Shown here piece by piece: positions 18,034-27,493 of a DNA stretch of 64,000 nucleotides. Every line of letters begins with the position of its first letter. Position 1 is the first letter of the stretch. Position numbers and translations under genes: made by a program. The stretch lies in NCBI GenBank assembly GCA_035250005.1, contig DATFFM010000184.1, positions 14,687-78,686 of the forward strand. Direction: 5' to 3'. The stretch is from Vicinamibacterales bacterium. GTDB taxonomy: Bacteria; Acidobacteriota; Vicinamibacteria; Vicinamibacterales; 2-12-FULL-66-21. The notes beneath the pieces are model-generated. The model had not been told where the DNA came from, did not search any database, and saw only the letters and a list, made by a program, of their open reading frames with translations.

Positions 18034-20669
18034 AACGTCCATCCACCCTGGTGTGCGGTGCGCTCGCGCTGCTGGTCTCCGCATTCGGATCGACCACGGC
18101 CTACGCACAGCCGCGCCCCGCGAAGCTGCTGCTCACGGTCGTGGACCAGACCGGCGCCGTCATCCCCAACGCCGTCGTGACGGCGACACGCGCCGACGAT
18201 CCGGCCAGAACGCCGATCGGGCCGGTGAAGACCATCGACACCGGGCTCGCGACGCTCGAGGGGCTGGCACCGGGGATCTACGAGATCCGGGCGGAGTTCC
18301 CGGGGTTCGAGCCGCGGGTGATGAAAGAGGTCAGGCTGCGCGCGGGTGACAACCGGCAGGTGGCGATTCTGGCGATCCAGGGGGTGCAGGACGAGATCAC
18401 CGTCGGCCGCGACCGGCAGGCGGCGGCGGCGGACCCGAAGTCCACCTTCGGCACCACGCTCACGCGCGAGCAGATCGAGGCGCTGTCGGACGATCCCGAC
18501 GAGATGCGCCGCCAGATCATGGACATGGCGCCCGAGGCCGTTCTGCGCATCGACAGCTTCGAAGGGGGGCAGCTCCCGCCGAAGGCGCAGATCAAGTCGA
18601 TCCACATCACGCGGGACCAGTACGCAGCCGAGAGCCACTACGCCGGCGCCCACTTCATCGACATCATCACGCAGCCCGGCATGGGCCCGATCCGCGGCGG
18701 CACGAACTTCCGCTTCCGCGACCGATCGCTGAATGCCACCAACCCGCAGACCAATTTCAAGGGGCCCGAGCAGTCGCGCAACTACGGGATCAACTTCGGC
18801 GGCACGCTCATCAAGGGCAAGAGCTCGTTCGCGCTCTCGATCAACGGCGGCGGCTTCTACGATGCCCCGACGATCGTCAGCCAGGGCCCCGAGGGGCGGC
18901 GCATCGAAACACTCCCGATCAAGCGCCGCCGCGACAACGTCTATGCCTACGGCAACTTCGACTACGCGCTGACCAAAGACCAGACCCTCCGAATGAGCTT
19001 CGACACGTCGTCCTTCAGCAGCGACAACCAGGGCATCGGACAGTTCGACGAACGCGAGCGCGGCTACGCCACGAGTGAGACCGGCACGACCGTGCGCATC
19101 CAGGAGGCCGGGCCGCTCGGGCGGCGCTTCTTCATCAACACCCGGCTGCAGCTGCACTATCAGCGCAGCGATCGGGAGTCTGACGTGGAGCTGCCGACGA
19201 TCAGGATCGTCGATGCCCGCACCACCGGCGGCGCCCAGCAGAGCGGCGGACGCCGCGGCCGTGGGCTGAACCTCATGTCGGATCTCGACTACGTCCGCGG
19301 GATCCACTCCTTGCGCACCGGCATCGACATCAACGGCAGCTGGTACGAGTCCAACGAAGACTCCAATTATCTCGGCACCTACACGTTCGAGAGCATCGAC
19401 GACTTCCTCGCGGGGAGGCCCCGCAGCTACACCAGGCGCATCGGCGATCCGAACATCAAGTACCACAACGTGCTGGGCGCCGTGTACCTGCAGGACGACA
19501 TCCGCGTTCGCAAGAACCTGACGCTCAGCCCGGGGATCCGCTACGAGCTCCAGACGCATCTCGACGACTTCAACAGCTTCGCCCCCCGCTTCGGCGTCAA
19601 CTGGGCCCCCTTCAAGAGCGGCAAAACGACCATTCGGGCGAGCTGGGGGATCTTCTACGACTGGTTCAGCACCGGGACGTACGAGCAGACGCTGCGCGTG
19701 GACGGCTTCAGGCAGCAGGAGCTGAACATCCTCGATCCCACCTATCCGGACCCGGGCGATACCGGGATCGTCAACGCCACCAATCGATACCTGATGGGCG
19801 ATGACCTCGGCCTGGTCCGGACGAACCGGCTGAGCGCCGGTGTCTCGCAGACCATCACCCCGCGCATCCGCGTGAGCGCGACCTACGCCAACACCCGCTA
19901 CCATGGATTGCTTCGCGGGGAGAACCTCAATGCCCCGGTCAGCGGTCTGCGGCCGGACCCGCGCTTCTCCAATGTCATCCAGATCCGGGACGATGCGGAG
20001 TCGCGGACGAACCAGCTGTCGTCGAGCATGAGCATCAGCCTGGCGACGCCCGGGCCCGCGGCGCAGCAGGCGCGTTTCAACCTGCGCCGCGGCTCGGTGA
20101 ACATGGGGTACACGCTCGCCAGGCAGCGCAGCAACTCGGACGGCGCCTTCAGCATCCCGTTCAGCGGCAGCCCTGCCGGGGAGTGGGGTCCGGCCAACAA
20201 CGACATCCGCCATCGGCTCAACGTCGGCTTGAACAGCCAGGCGCTGAAGAACATGAACATGTTCGTGTCGATGACCTACACGTCGGCCACGCCCTACACG
20301 ATCCGCACCGGGACCGACGACAACGGCGACCTCGTCTTCAACGACCGTCCGGCGGGAGTCGGCCGCAATACCGAGCGCGGCGAGGCGCTCATGAACGTCA
20401 ACGCCAACGCCTCCTATTCGATTCCGTTCGGCACGCGGAAAGTCGACGCCCCGCAGGGCATCATGATCCGTGACGGGATGGTGATGGCCGGCGCGCCCGG
20501 CGCCGCTCAGTCACGCTACCGGATCTCGCTGGGTCTGAGCGTGCAGAACCTGACCAACCGTGTGAACCACACCGGCTGGAACGGCACGATGACCTCGCCG
20601 TTCTTCCGGCAGTCCACGAACGTCGGTGCGCCGCGGAAGATCGACATGAGCGTGTCCTTCTCGTTCTGA
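18030..20669 (+). CDS. CarboxypepD_reg-domain TonB-dependent-receptor-like outer-membrane barrel
   Basis: Signal peptide. N-terminal LLLTVVDQTGAVIPNAVVTATR...YEIRAEFPGFEP (carboxypeptidase-regulatory-like fold). Long beta-rich body ending ...IDMSVSFSF. ATG at 18030 inside ORF 17748-20669. Confidence 0.8.
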   Translation: MKRPSTLVCGALALLVSAFGSTTAYAQPRPAKLLLTVVDQTGAVIPNAVVTATRADDPARTPIGPVKTIDTGLATLEGLAPGIYEIRAEFPGFEPRVMKEVRLRAGDNRQVAILAIQGVQDEITVGRDRQAAAADPKSTFGTTLTREQIEALSDDPDEMRRQIMDMAPEAVLRIDSFEGGQLPPKAQIKSIHITRDQYAAESHYAGAHFIDIITQPGMGPIRGGTNFRFRDRSLNATNPQTNFKGPEQSRNYGINFGGTLIKGKSSFALSINGGGFYDAPTIVSQGPEGRRIETLPIKRRRDNVYAYGNFDYALTKDQTLRMSFDTSSFSSDNQGIGQFDERERGYATSETGTTVRIQEAGPLGRRFFINTRLQLHYQRSDRESDVELPTIRIVDARTTGGAQQSGGRRGRGLNLMSDLDYVRGIHSLRTGIDINGSWYESNEDSNYLGTYTFESIDDFLAGRPRSYTRRIGDPNIKYHNVLGAVYLQDDIRVRKNLTLSPGIRYELQTHLDDFNSFAPRFGVNWAPFKSGKTTIRASWGIFYDWFSTGTYEQTLRVDGFRQQELNILDPTYPDPGDTGIVNATNRYLMGDDLGLVRTNRLSAGVSQTITPRIRVSATYANTRYHGLLRGENLNAPVSGLRPDPRFSNVIQIRDDAESRTNQLSSSMSISLATPGPAAQQARFNLRRGSVNMGYTLARQRSNSDGAFSIPFSGSPAGEWGPANNDIRHRLNVGLNSQALKNMNMFVSMTYTSATPYTIRTGTDDNGDLVFNDRPAGVGRNTERGEALMNVNANASYSIPFGTRKVDAPQGIMIRDGMVMAGAPGAAQSRYRISLGLSVQNLTNRVNHTGWNGTMTSPFFRQSTNVGAPRKIDMSVSFSF

Positions 20670-20676
20670 CGATCGG

Positions 20677-20765
20677 CAACTTCAAATCTCACACTTCACA
20701 CTCCAGACGGCGCTCTCTTCGTGGCTTCTTTGGCGTTTGGAATTTGAAGTTTGAAGTTGAAGTTG
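20677..20765. repeat. imperfect long hairpin of short A/T-containing repeats filling a convergent gap
   Basis: Left arm CAACTTCAAATCTCACACTTCACACTCCA. Right arm TGGAATTTGAAGTTTGAAGTTGAAGTTG. The hairpin lies inside the 96-nt convergent gap (20670-20765), starting 7 nt after the TGA at 20667-20669 and abutting the reverse-strand stop at 20766-20768. Confidence 0.7.
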
Positions 20766-22583
20766 TCACCATCCAACCTTCTTGCCGCGATTCTGTTCGT
20801 CCAGCCACTTCTTGAGCGGCTCGAAGTACTCGGCCATGGCGGTGGCGTCCATCTGACGCTGGCCGGTGAGCGCTTCGAGTGCGTCGGGCCATGGTTTCGA
20901 GGCGCCGATCGCCATCATGGCGTTGAGTCGCTTGCCGGCCTCCTTGTTGCCGTAGATCGAGCAGCGGTGGAGCGGGGCCGTACATCGGGCTGCCTTCGCA
21001 AGCGCGCGGTGGAACTGATATTCGAGGATGTGCGCGAGGAAGTAACGCGTGTAGGGCGTATTGGCCGGCACGTGGTACTTCGCGCCCGGATCGAAGAACT
21101 CCTCGCCGCGGGCTGCCGGTGGCGCAACACCCTGGTATTTCAGCTTCAAGTCCCACCAGGCCTGGTTGTAGTTCTGTGGCGTGATCTGCCCCGAGAACAC
21201 CTGCCAGCGCCACTGGTCCACCAGCAGCCCGAACGGCAGGAAGGCGAGCCGCTCGAGCGCACCACGCAGCAGCAGGCCGGTGTCGGCCGATGCGTCGGGC
21301 GCCTTGTCGAGCAGATCGATCTTCACCAGGTATTCGGGGGTCACCGAGAGTGCGAGCACGTCCCCGAGGGCCTCGTGGAACCCGTCGTTCGCGCTGTCGC
21401 GGAAGATCACCGGCTGCTTGTTATAGGCGCGCTGGTAGTAGTTGTGTCCGAGCTCGTGGTGGATCGTCGAGAAGTCCTCCGCCGTCTGGTCGATGCACAT
21501 CTTGATCCGCAGGTCGTCGACGCTGTCGATGTTCCAGGCGCTCGCGTGGCAGACCACTTCACGGTCGCGCGGCTTGACGAACAACGAACGCTCCCAGAAG
21601 GTCTTCGGCAGCGGATCGAAGCCGAGCGATGAGAAGAAGCGCTCGCCGATCCGCACCATCTCCAGCGGGTCGATCTTCTTCGCCTTCAGGTTGTCGGTGA
21701 GCGAGAAGGCCTGCTGTTCACCGGCGGGCGCCACGATCTCGTAGATATTCGACCAGTCCTGCTGCCAGAGATTGCCGAGCAGGTGCGCGGGGATCGGCCC
21801 GTTTTCGGGGACGACGTCGCCGTACTTCTCGCGCAGCTTCGTCCGCGTGTAGGTGTGCAGTGAGAGGTACAGCGGCCGCAACTGTTCCCAGAGCCGATCC
21901 AGCTCCTTTGCGAACGCATCCGCCGGCATGTCGTACTTGCCGCGCCACATCGCGCCCGTGTCGGTGAAGCCGAGGACCTTCGCCCCCTTGTTCGAGAGTG
22001 CGGCGAACCGCGCGTAGTCCTGCTTCATCGGCACGGAGATCGTGTGCCAGCCTTCCCAGACCTCCTGGAGCCGCTTCGGGTCCCGGTTCTCGGCGAGGAT
22101 CTCGCTGATCTGCTCGATGTCGAGGCAGTCCTTTTCAGACGGGCAGTACTTGCCGCTGCCGTAGACCCCCTCCATCGACGTGATCAGCCGCGTCAGCTCC
22201 TGCGCCTCCTTCGGATCCGGCGGTGACGCCATCGTCAGTGAAGTCTTGAGGAGATACAGCTGCCGGCGTTCGGCGGGTGAGACCTGGACCTTGTCGAAGC
22301 GGACGGCTGCCGTCGCGAAGTGCGTCTGCGCGTTGACCAGCGCCTCGTTGGCCTGCGCCGCCATGATCTCGGTATCGGGCGTGATGTACGTGGACTGCGT
22401 CCATCCGGCCCGGCTCTCGGCGGTCCCAAGCTCCAGCAGGACTCGATTGGCTTCGTCGAGGAAAGCCTTGACGCCTGCCGGCGTGGCCGGATGTTTCGTC
22501 GTGGCCGGCGCCGACTGAGCGGAGAGGACGATCGCGGAGGCGAGGAGGATTCCTGAGGCGGCGGCCGAAACGAAGCGCGTCAT
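20766..22583 (-). CDS. M2-family (angiotensin-converting-enzyme-like) peptidyl-dipeptidase
   Basis: Signal peptide. HHELGHNYY zinc motif with a downstream FHEALGD glutamate. Length and overall pattern typical of bacterial ACE homologues. Confidence 0.9.
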   Translation of the reverse strand: MTRFVSAAASGILLASAIVLSAQSAPATTKHPATPAGVKAFLDEANRVLLELGTAESRAGWTQSTYITPDTEIMAAQANEALVNAQTHFATAAVRFDKVQVSPAERRQLYLLKTSLTMASPPDPKEAQELTRLITSMEGVYGSGKYCPSEKDCLDIEQISEILAENRDPKRLQEVWEGWHTISVPMKQDYARFAALSNKGAKVLGFTDTGAMWRGKYDMPADAFAKELDRLWEQLRPLYLSLHTYTRTKLREKYGDVVPENGPIPAHLLGNLWQQDWSNIYEIVAPAGEQQAFSLTDNLKAKKIDPLEMVRIGERFFSSLGFDPLPKTFWERSLFVKPRDREVVCHASAWNIDSVDDLRIKMCIDQTAEDFSTIHHELGHNYYQRAYNKQPVIFRDSANDGFHEALGDVLALSVTPEYLVKIDLLDKAPDASADTGLLLRGALERLAFLPFGLLVDQWRWQVFSGQITPQNYNQAWWDLKLKYQGVAPPAARGEEFFDPGAKYHVPANTPYTRYFLAHILEYQFHRALAKAARCTAPLHRCSIYGNKEAGKRLNAMMAIGASKPWPDALEALTGQRQMDATAMAEYFEPLKKWLDEQNRGKKVGW

Positions 22584-23521
22584 TTAGTCATCTTACCGGC
22601 CTTCGGCAGGTCGTTGAAATCCGGCATGTACGTCTTGAGGCCCTTGGCCGGCGTGTTCTTCGAGTAGCCGGCCACCAGCTGTGCGTTGTAGCGAGCGGGG
22701 AAGAAATCAAACGGATCCCGTGGGTCGGCATCGATGAGTTGCAGATCCGCATCGCGCATCGTCAGCTTTCCAAAGGTGATGTTGCCGCCGCCGAAGTAGA
22801 CGTAGTTGCGCGCGCCGGGCGAGGGGAGGACCAGCGGCGCCGGACGGCCCCTGGCCGGATCATCGAACGTCTGCACCAGCCGGTCCCCCTCGACCACGAC
22901 GCGGGTCAACCGGCCCACTATCCTTGGCGGCGGCAGGACCTCGCCGGCCGCAATGACGATGTCGTTGTCCTGCACGTCCACGCCGCGACGCTTCTTGATG
23001 TCGATGACGTCGTCCAGCTCCAGGCCGAACAGGTCGAGCAGCCCCTTCGCGGGCACTCCGACCGCCTTCATCGATTCGACGTGCAGCCGCATCTGCCCGT
23101 CGGCCGTCGTCGACAGGCTGGCCGTGGTCGAAAATGGAATCGTCAGACCTTTGCGCAGCTTGCCCTTCATTTTCAAACGCGAACCATCCGCTTCGACGGT
23201 CAGCTCTTTCAGCGGTGATCCTTCATAGCCGAAGACGTGGCGGTTCATCAGGTTCTGCAGGCTGCTCATCTTCATCGAGATACGTGCGGTCTGCAGGTGC
23301 AGTACATAAGAGCGCTGGTCGTCGAAGACGGGAGGCGACCCCTCGGACCGGCTGACCATCACGCCCCGGAGCCGGCTGACGTCGAGAATGATTCCATCGT
23401 CGACGTGGAGCCGCACATTCTTCATTTCCAGCTGCACACCGGTCTGGGTCGAAGTGAGCCTGGAGTTGCCTGCGGGGAGCAGCAGCAACGCGGTGCAAAG
23501 CAGCACAGCCTTGGGCGCCAT
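22580..23521 (-). CDS. hypothetical secreted protein
   Basis: Signal peptide MAPKAVLLCTALLLLPAG (ATG at 23521 preferred to the TTG at 23539). The stop overlaps the start of the M2 peptidase gene (ATGA at 22580-22583). Confidence 0.6.
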   Translation of the reverse strand: MAPKAVLLCTALLLLPAGNSRLTSTQTGVQLEMKNVRLHVDDGIILDVSRLRGVMVSRSEGSPPVFDDQRSYVLHLQTARISMKMSSLQNLMNRHVFGYEGSPLKELTVEADGSRLKMKGKLRKGLTIPFSTTASLSTTADGQMRLHVESMKAVGVPAKGLLDLFGLELDDVIDIKKRRGVDVQDNDIVIAAGEVLPPPRIVGRLTRVVVEGDRLVQTFDDPARGRPAPLVLPSPGARNYVYFGGGNITFGKLTMRDADLQLIDADPRDPFDFFPARYNAQLVAGYSKNTPAKGLKTYMPDFNDLPKAGKMTK

Positions 23522-23662
23522 CACACGTAACGACCGCAATCAGTGTGCCGATGGATGCCGGGGCTTTCGGACTGATCACCAGCTCGGCGTTGCGCAGTTG
23601 TTCGTGATCCGTAATGCCTTACCACCAAGGGCGAGTGCGAATCGATGAGCTGGCCGGCGCGC

Positions 23663-24358
23663 CTACCAGCCCGCACCCCTGCCCTGTCGCTTGAGCGCGA
23701 TGCGCCCTTGCGGATCGACGGCATTCGCCAGGACGAACTGGAACCGCCGCTGAAAATCGGTCGGGCCGACGGCGATCCCGCGGAGGTTCTCGACGCGATA
23801 CACGGTCGTGTCCCAGAACCAGTGACGCCCGGCCGGTTTCAGGTCGTAGCGATAGGTGAGCGTGTCGCCCTGCGCCCCGTGGAAGAACACCTTCAGCTCT
23901 TTCACGCTTTCGTGCTTGCCCCGGTCTGACCTGAGATCCACGGGTTGGCGGAGGCGGAACCACGTCACCCAGTTGCCCGCCTCGATCTCGCGGACGTTCT
24001 CCCATGGGATGACGGCCTCCGGCCGAACCGCCGGATCGAGACAGCCCCTCAGCGCGTCGTCGGGGGCCGCAAAGGCCCCGCTGCGGTAGACGCGCAGCGC
24101 CGCGCGATCGAACGCGAAGACCCAGGTGCTTCGCGCGTCGACGTTGTACTCGGTGGCGCTCCAGCCAATCGCCCCGCCGTTCGCCATGACGTGCCGCCAT
24201 GCGTCGATCGCTTCGGCGCCGTCGACGGCCGCGATGATGTTGAAGCGCGCCGTCTCCGCCTGATCACGGACGGCGCGCGCATCGCACACCGCCTCTGCCG
24301 CGAACGCCGCGGCGGGCGTGACGAGAAACAGGCTCAGAGCGACTGGAATGCGGCACAT
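23663..24358 (-). CDS. hypothetical secreted protein
   Basis: Signal peptide IPVALSLFLVTPAAAFAAE. Coding-type codon bias. No motif recognised. Confidence 0.55.
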   Translation of the reverse strand: MCRIPVALSLFLVTPAAAFAAEAVCDARAVRDQAETARFNIIAAVDGAEAIDAWRHVMANGGAIGWSATEYNVDARSTWVFAFDRAALRVYRSGAFAAPDDALRGCLDPAVRPEAVIPWENVREIEAGNWVTWFRLRQPVDLRSDRGKHESVKELKVFFHGAQGDTLTYRYDLKPAGRHWFWDTTVYRVENLRGIAVGPTDFQRRFQFVLANAVDPQGRIALKRQGRGAGW

Positions 24359-24470
24359 GTTGCACCTCTGTGAGGTGCCTGGGGCAGGATCCGTGCCACG
24401 GATGAGGTAAGGAAGTTGGCCGGAAAAATGACGGCAACCCGGTCCGGCAGTGCCAACTGTCCTCGTCGGG

Positions 24471-24986
24471 CTATGCGCTCTGACCGGGCCGCCGGACCTT
24501 CAGGTGTTCCACGTGCCGCTGACGGACAGCAATGTAATCAGCGTGCTCCAGCTTCAGCTCACTGGCGACGCGGCGGACTTCGTTGTCTTCCAGAGTAAGG
24601 ATCGGCGAGTCGGCGGCGGCAATCGCGAAGAGGCAGTCGAGCAGCGCCAGCTTCTCGTCGCGAGAGGCGACGCGCTCGAACTCGCGGGCGATCAGGTAGT
24701 CGTCGGTGCCGCGGGAATGGCCGGCGTCGCGCGCGATCCGGACGATCAGCGCCGCCTGCTCGGCGTCTACGCCGGCGCGCTCGGCCACGATCTGCTCCAT
24801 CAACTGCGCCTCCGCGTCCGACACGTGATGATCGGCCTTGGCCGCGCGAGTCAGGATGTAGGCGAAGCACGCGAGGTACCGCGCGCGTTCAGGACCGTGC
24901 GCCTCGAGCGCCTGTTCGATCTCGCGAAGCCGGTTGTCATCCGGCTCCGGTTCACTCGCGAGGCCGAGCCATTGGAGGATGGACAT
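24471..24986 (-). CDS. TerB-family (tellurite-resistance-like) protein
   Basis: Helical protein with the TerB-like pattern AKADHHVSDAEAQLMEQIV...LLDCLFAIAAADSPILTLEDNEVRRVA. ATG at 24986; the ORF part upstream of it is translation of the palindrome. Confidence 0.7.
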   Translation of the reverse strand: MSILQWLGLASEPEPDDNRLREIEQALEAHGPERARYLACFAYILTRAAKADHHVSDAEAQLMEQIVAERAGVDAEQAALIVRIARDAGHSRGTDDYLIAREFERVASRDEKLALLDCLFAIAAADSPILTLEDNEVRRVASELKLEHADYIAVRQRHVEHLKVRRPGQSA

Positions 24987-25029
24987 GTGTCTGAGTGTAC
25001 CTGAGCGGCGACGGGTGCATGTGAGCGGC

Positions 25030-25174
25030 GAAGGGTGCACGTGCCAGGTGCAGGGTGCAGGGTGCGGTGCGGTGCACGTGCAGAGCAGTCCGTGCTGAGC
25101 AGTAGCGCACCTTGCACCTTGCAGCACGTGCACAGCACCGCACCTGCACCTTGCACCCGGCACGTGCACCCTTC
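25030..25174. repeat. ~145-bp imperfect palindrome built from GGTGCAG/GGTGCGG/GTGCACG short repeats
   Basis: Left arm 25030-25081 (GAAGGGTGCACGTGCCAGGTGCAGGGTGCAGGGTGCGGTGCGGTGCACGTGC). Right arm 25124-25174 is its near reverse complement. It lies between divergent start codons at 24986 and 25204. Confidence 0.85.
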
Positions 25175-25203
25175 ACGCCTCCAGTGGTACGCTGCCCTCT
25201 TCC

Positions 25204-26841
25204 ATGATCAGCTTCAACCGCATCAACAAGCAGTACGGCCGCCAGATCCTCTTCGTCGACGCCTCCTTCCAGCTGAATCCCGGTGAGAAAGTCGGTCTCG
25301 TCGGCCCCAACGGCGCCGGTAAGACCACACTCTTCCGCATGATCGTGGGCGAAGAGTCGGTGGACGACGGCGAGGTGTCGGTCCCGAAGAAGCTGACGAT
25401 CGGCTACTTCAGGCAGGACGTGGAGGAGATGTCCGGGCGCTCCGTCATCGACGAGGCGATCGCCGGCAGCGGCCGCGTCGGCGACCTTCATCACGAGCTC
25501 GAGGCGCTGAACCACGCGATGGCGGATCCCGGGCGCGCCGGCGAGATGGACCGGATCCTCGATCGGTTCGGCCACGTGCAGGAGGAGTACGAGCACCTCG
25601 GCGGGTATGCCCTCGAGAGCCAGGCGCGCGAGGTGCTGCACGGCCTCGGTTTCGCCGACGATCAGATCGACGGCGACGTCGGGGCCCTCTCGGGCGGATG
25701 GAAGATGCGGGTCGCGATGGCGCGCGTGCTGCTCGGGCGGCCAGACGTCCTGCTCATGGACGAGCCGACGAACCACCTCGACATCGAGTCGATCATCTGG
25801 CTCGAAGACTTCCTGAAGACGATGACCAGCTCGCTGCTCATGACGTCGCACGACCGCGATTTCATGAACCGGATCGTCTCGAAGATCGCCGAGATCGACG
25901 GCGGCGAGATCACGACCTACTCCGGCAACTACGACTTCTACGAGCGCGAGCGCGCGATCCGGGAGACCAACAAGGAAGCCGCCTACGCGCGGCAGCAGGC
26001 CATGCTCGCCAAGGAACAGCGCTTCATCGACCGCTTCAAAGCGCAGGCCGCCAAGGCGCCGCAGGTCCAGAGCCGCATCAAGGCGCTCGAGAAGATCGAG
26101 AAAGTGGAGCCGCCGAAGAAGCGCAAGGTGGTGGATTTCGACTTCCGCCAGCCCGCGCGGTCGGGCGAGCAGGTGGCCGTCGTCGAAGACGTGCACAAGG
26201 CGTACGGACGGCGGGTCGTGTACGACGGGTTGAGCCTCACCATCCGCCGCGGCGAGCGGTGGTGCGTCATGGGGCGCAACGGCGCCGGCAAGAGCACGCT
26301 GCTGAAGATGATCGCCGGCGCGGTCGCACCAGACTCGGGCAGGATCGAGGTCGGCGCGAGCGTGAAGATGGGCTACTTCGCGCAGCAGGCGCTGGACCTG
26401 CTCACCGCCGACCTCACCGTGTGGGAGCAGTTCGAGCAGGACTTTCCGCACGAGTCCATCGGGATGCTGCGCAACCTGCTCGGCGCCTTCCAGTTCTCAG
26501 GCGACGACGTGGAGAAGAAGGTCCGGGCGCTCTCCGGGGGGGAGAAGACGCGGCTGGTCATGGCGCGGATGCTGCTCCATCCGCCGAACTTTCTCGTGCT
26601 CGACGAGCCGACCAACCACCTCGATCTGGCAACGAAGGAGATGCTGGTCAAGGCGCTCGGTGATTTCGAGGGAACGATGCTGTTCGTGTCGCACGACCGG
26701 GCGTTCCTGCGCGGGCTCAGCAACCGCGTCCTCGAGCTCGGCGGCGAGAGCGGTGTCGATGCGCAGCCGCACGCATATCCAGGCTCGTACGTCGAGTACG
26801 TGCAGCGGACCGGTCACGAGGCGCCGGGGGTGCACGCGTAG
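25204..26841 (+). CDS. ABC-F family ATPase (two ABC domains, no TM domain)
   Basis: Two Walker A motifs (GPNGAGKTT, GRNGAGKST), two LSGG signatures (LSGGWKMR, LSGGEKTR), and a linker with KEAAYARQQAMLAKEQRFIDRF. Confidence 0.92.
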   Translation: MISFNRINKQYGRQILFVDASFQLNPGEKVGLVGPNGAGKTTLFRMIVGEESVDDGEVSVPKKLTIGYFRQDVEEMSGRSVIDEAIAGSGRVGDLHHELEALNHAMADPGRAGEMDRILDRFGHVQEEYEHLGGYALESQAREVLHGLGFADDQIDGDVGALSGGWKMRVAMARVLLGRPDVLLMDEPTNHLDIESIIWLEDFLKTMTSSLLMTSHDRDFMNRIVSKIAEIDGGEITTYSGNYDFYERERAIRETNKEAAYARQQAMLAKEQRFIDRFKAQAAKAPQVQSRIKALEKIEKVEPPKKRKVVDFDFRQPARSGEQVAVVEDVHKAYGRRVVYDGLSLTIRRGERWCVMGRNGAGKSTLLKMIAGAVAPDSGRIEVGASVKMGYFAQQALDLLTADLTVWEQFEQDFPHESIGMLRNLLGAFQFSGDDVEKKVRALSGGEKTRLVMARMLLHPPNFLVLDEPTNHLDLATKEMLVKALGDFEGTMLFVSHDRAFLRGLSNRVLELGGESGVDAQPHAYPGSYVEYVQRTGHEAPGVHA

Positions 26842-26938
26842 GAAAACGGGGACACTCAACTTTACGGTAACTGTTGATCCCGGTTCGTGCGGTCGGCCGG
26901 GATCATCAGTTACCGTAAAGTTGAGTGTCCCCGTTTCC
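26841..26938. repeat. ~98-bp near-perfect nested palindrome bridging two convergent genes
   Basis: Arms GAAAACGGGGACACTCAACTTTACGGTAACTG / CAGTTACCGTAAAGTTGAGTGTCCCCGTTTC (1-nt indel). Inner inverted repeat GATCCCGG...CCGGGATC. It starts at the last base of the ABC-F TAG and contains the last 11 codons and the stop of mug. Confidence 0.9.
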
Positions 26939-27493
26939 CCCAAGCGCCCGGAACGCCGCCAGCATCTCGGCGTAACTGAAATTCGCGTTACGGCCGCTCG
27001 GGTTCGGCAGCACGTGGACACGGGCGCCGTGGATCGTCACGGGCTGCCGGCCCGGACAGGCAACGCCCTTCAAAGCCGCCCTCGCCTCCGGATCGAGCTC
27101 CAGCAGCGGCAGGATCGCGCGCCATAGCGTCACGCCCACGAGCGCGACGACCTCGGGCTTGTAGCGGCGGATCTTGCGCTCGAGCATCTTCCACCCCGCG
27201 ACGTATTCGGACGGCGAGAGGGCGTCGATCCCCGGCGTCGGTCTCGCCACGAGATTCGTGATCCCGTAGCCGAACTCCGGCAGCCGCTCGTCGTCCGCGT
27301 ACGTGATCGGCTCGGGGACGAGCCCCGCCTCCCACAGCAGCTTCCAGAACCGGTTCGAGAATCCGGCGAAGTGGTGCCCGGTCTGCGCCGAGCGCACGCC
27401 CGGATTGATCCCGACGAACAGCACGCGCACGCCGGGCCCGATCCGGTCCTTGAGCCGGAGGTGCTCCCATGTGCGGCTATCATGTCGGGTCAT
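26906..27493 (-). CDS. mug: G/U mismatch-specific DNA glycosylase (Mug/TDG family)
   Basis: RVLFVGINPGVRSAQTGHHFAGFSNRFWKLL...NLVARPT...LPNPSGRN, characteristic of family-2 UDG. ATG at 27493; an alternative TTG lies at 27526. Confidence 0.85.
   Translation of the reverse strand: MTRHDSRTWEHLRLKDRIGPGVRVLFVGINPGVRSAQTGHHFAGFSNRFWKLLWEAGLVPEPITYADDERLPEFGYGITNLVARPTPGIDALSPSEYVAGWKMLERKIRRYKPEVVALVGVTLWRAILPLLELDPEARAALKGVACPGRQPVTIHGARVHVLPNPSGRNANFSYAEMLAAFRALGGNGDTQLYGN

Noticed and set aside
17895-20213. 772-aa reverse-strand ORF
   Set aside because: It is antisense to the TonB-like barrel gene, which has a signal peptide, a CarboxypepD_reg domain and a C-terminal Phe. The composition is Arg/Ala/Gly junk.
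24952-26451. 499-aa reverse-strand ORF
   Set aside because: It is antisense to the ABC-F ATPase gene, which has double Walker A and signature motifs, and its 5' part is translation of the 25030-25174 palindrome.
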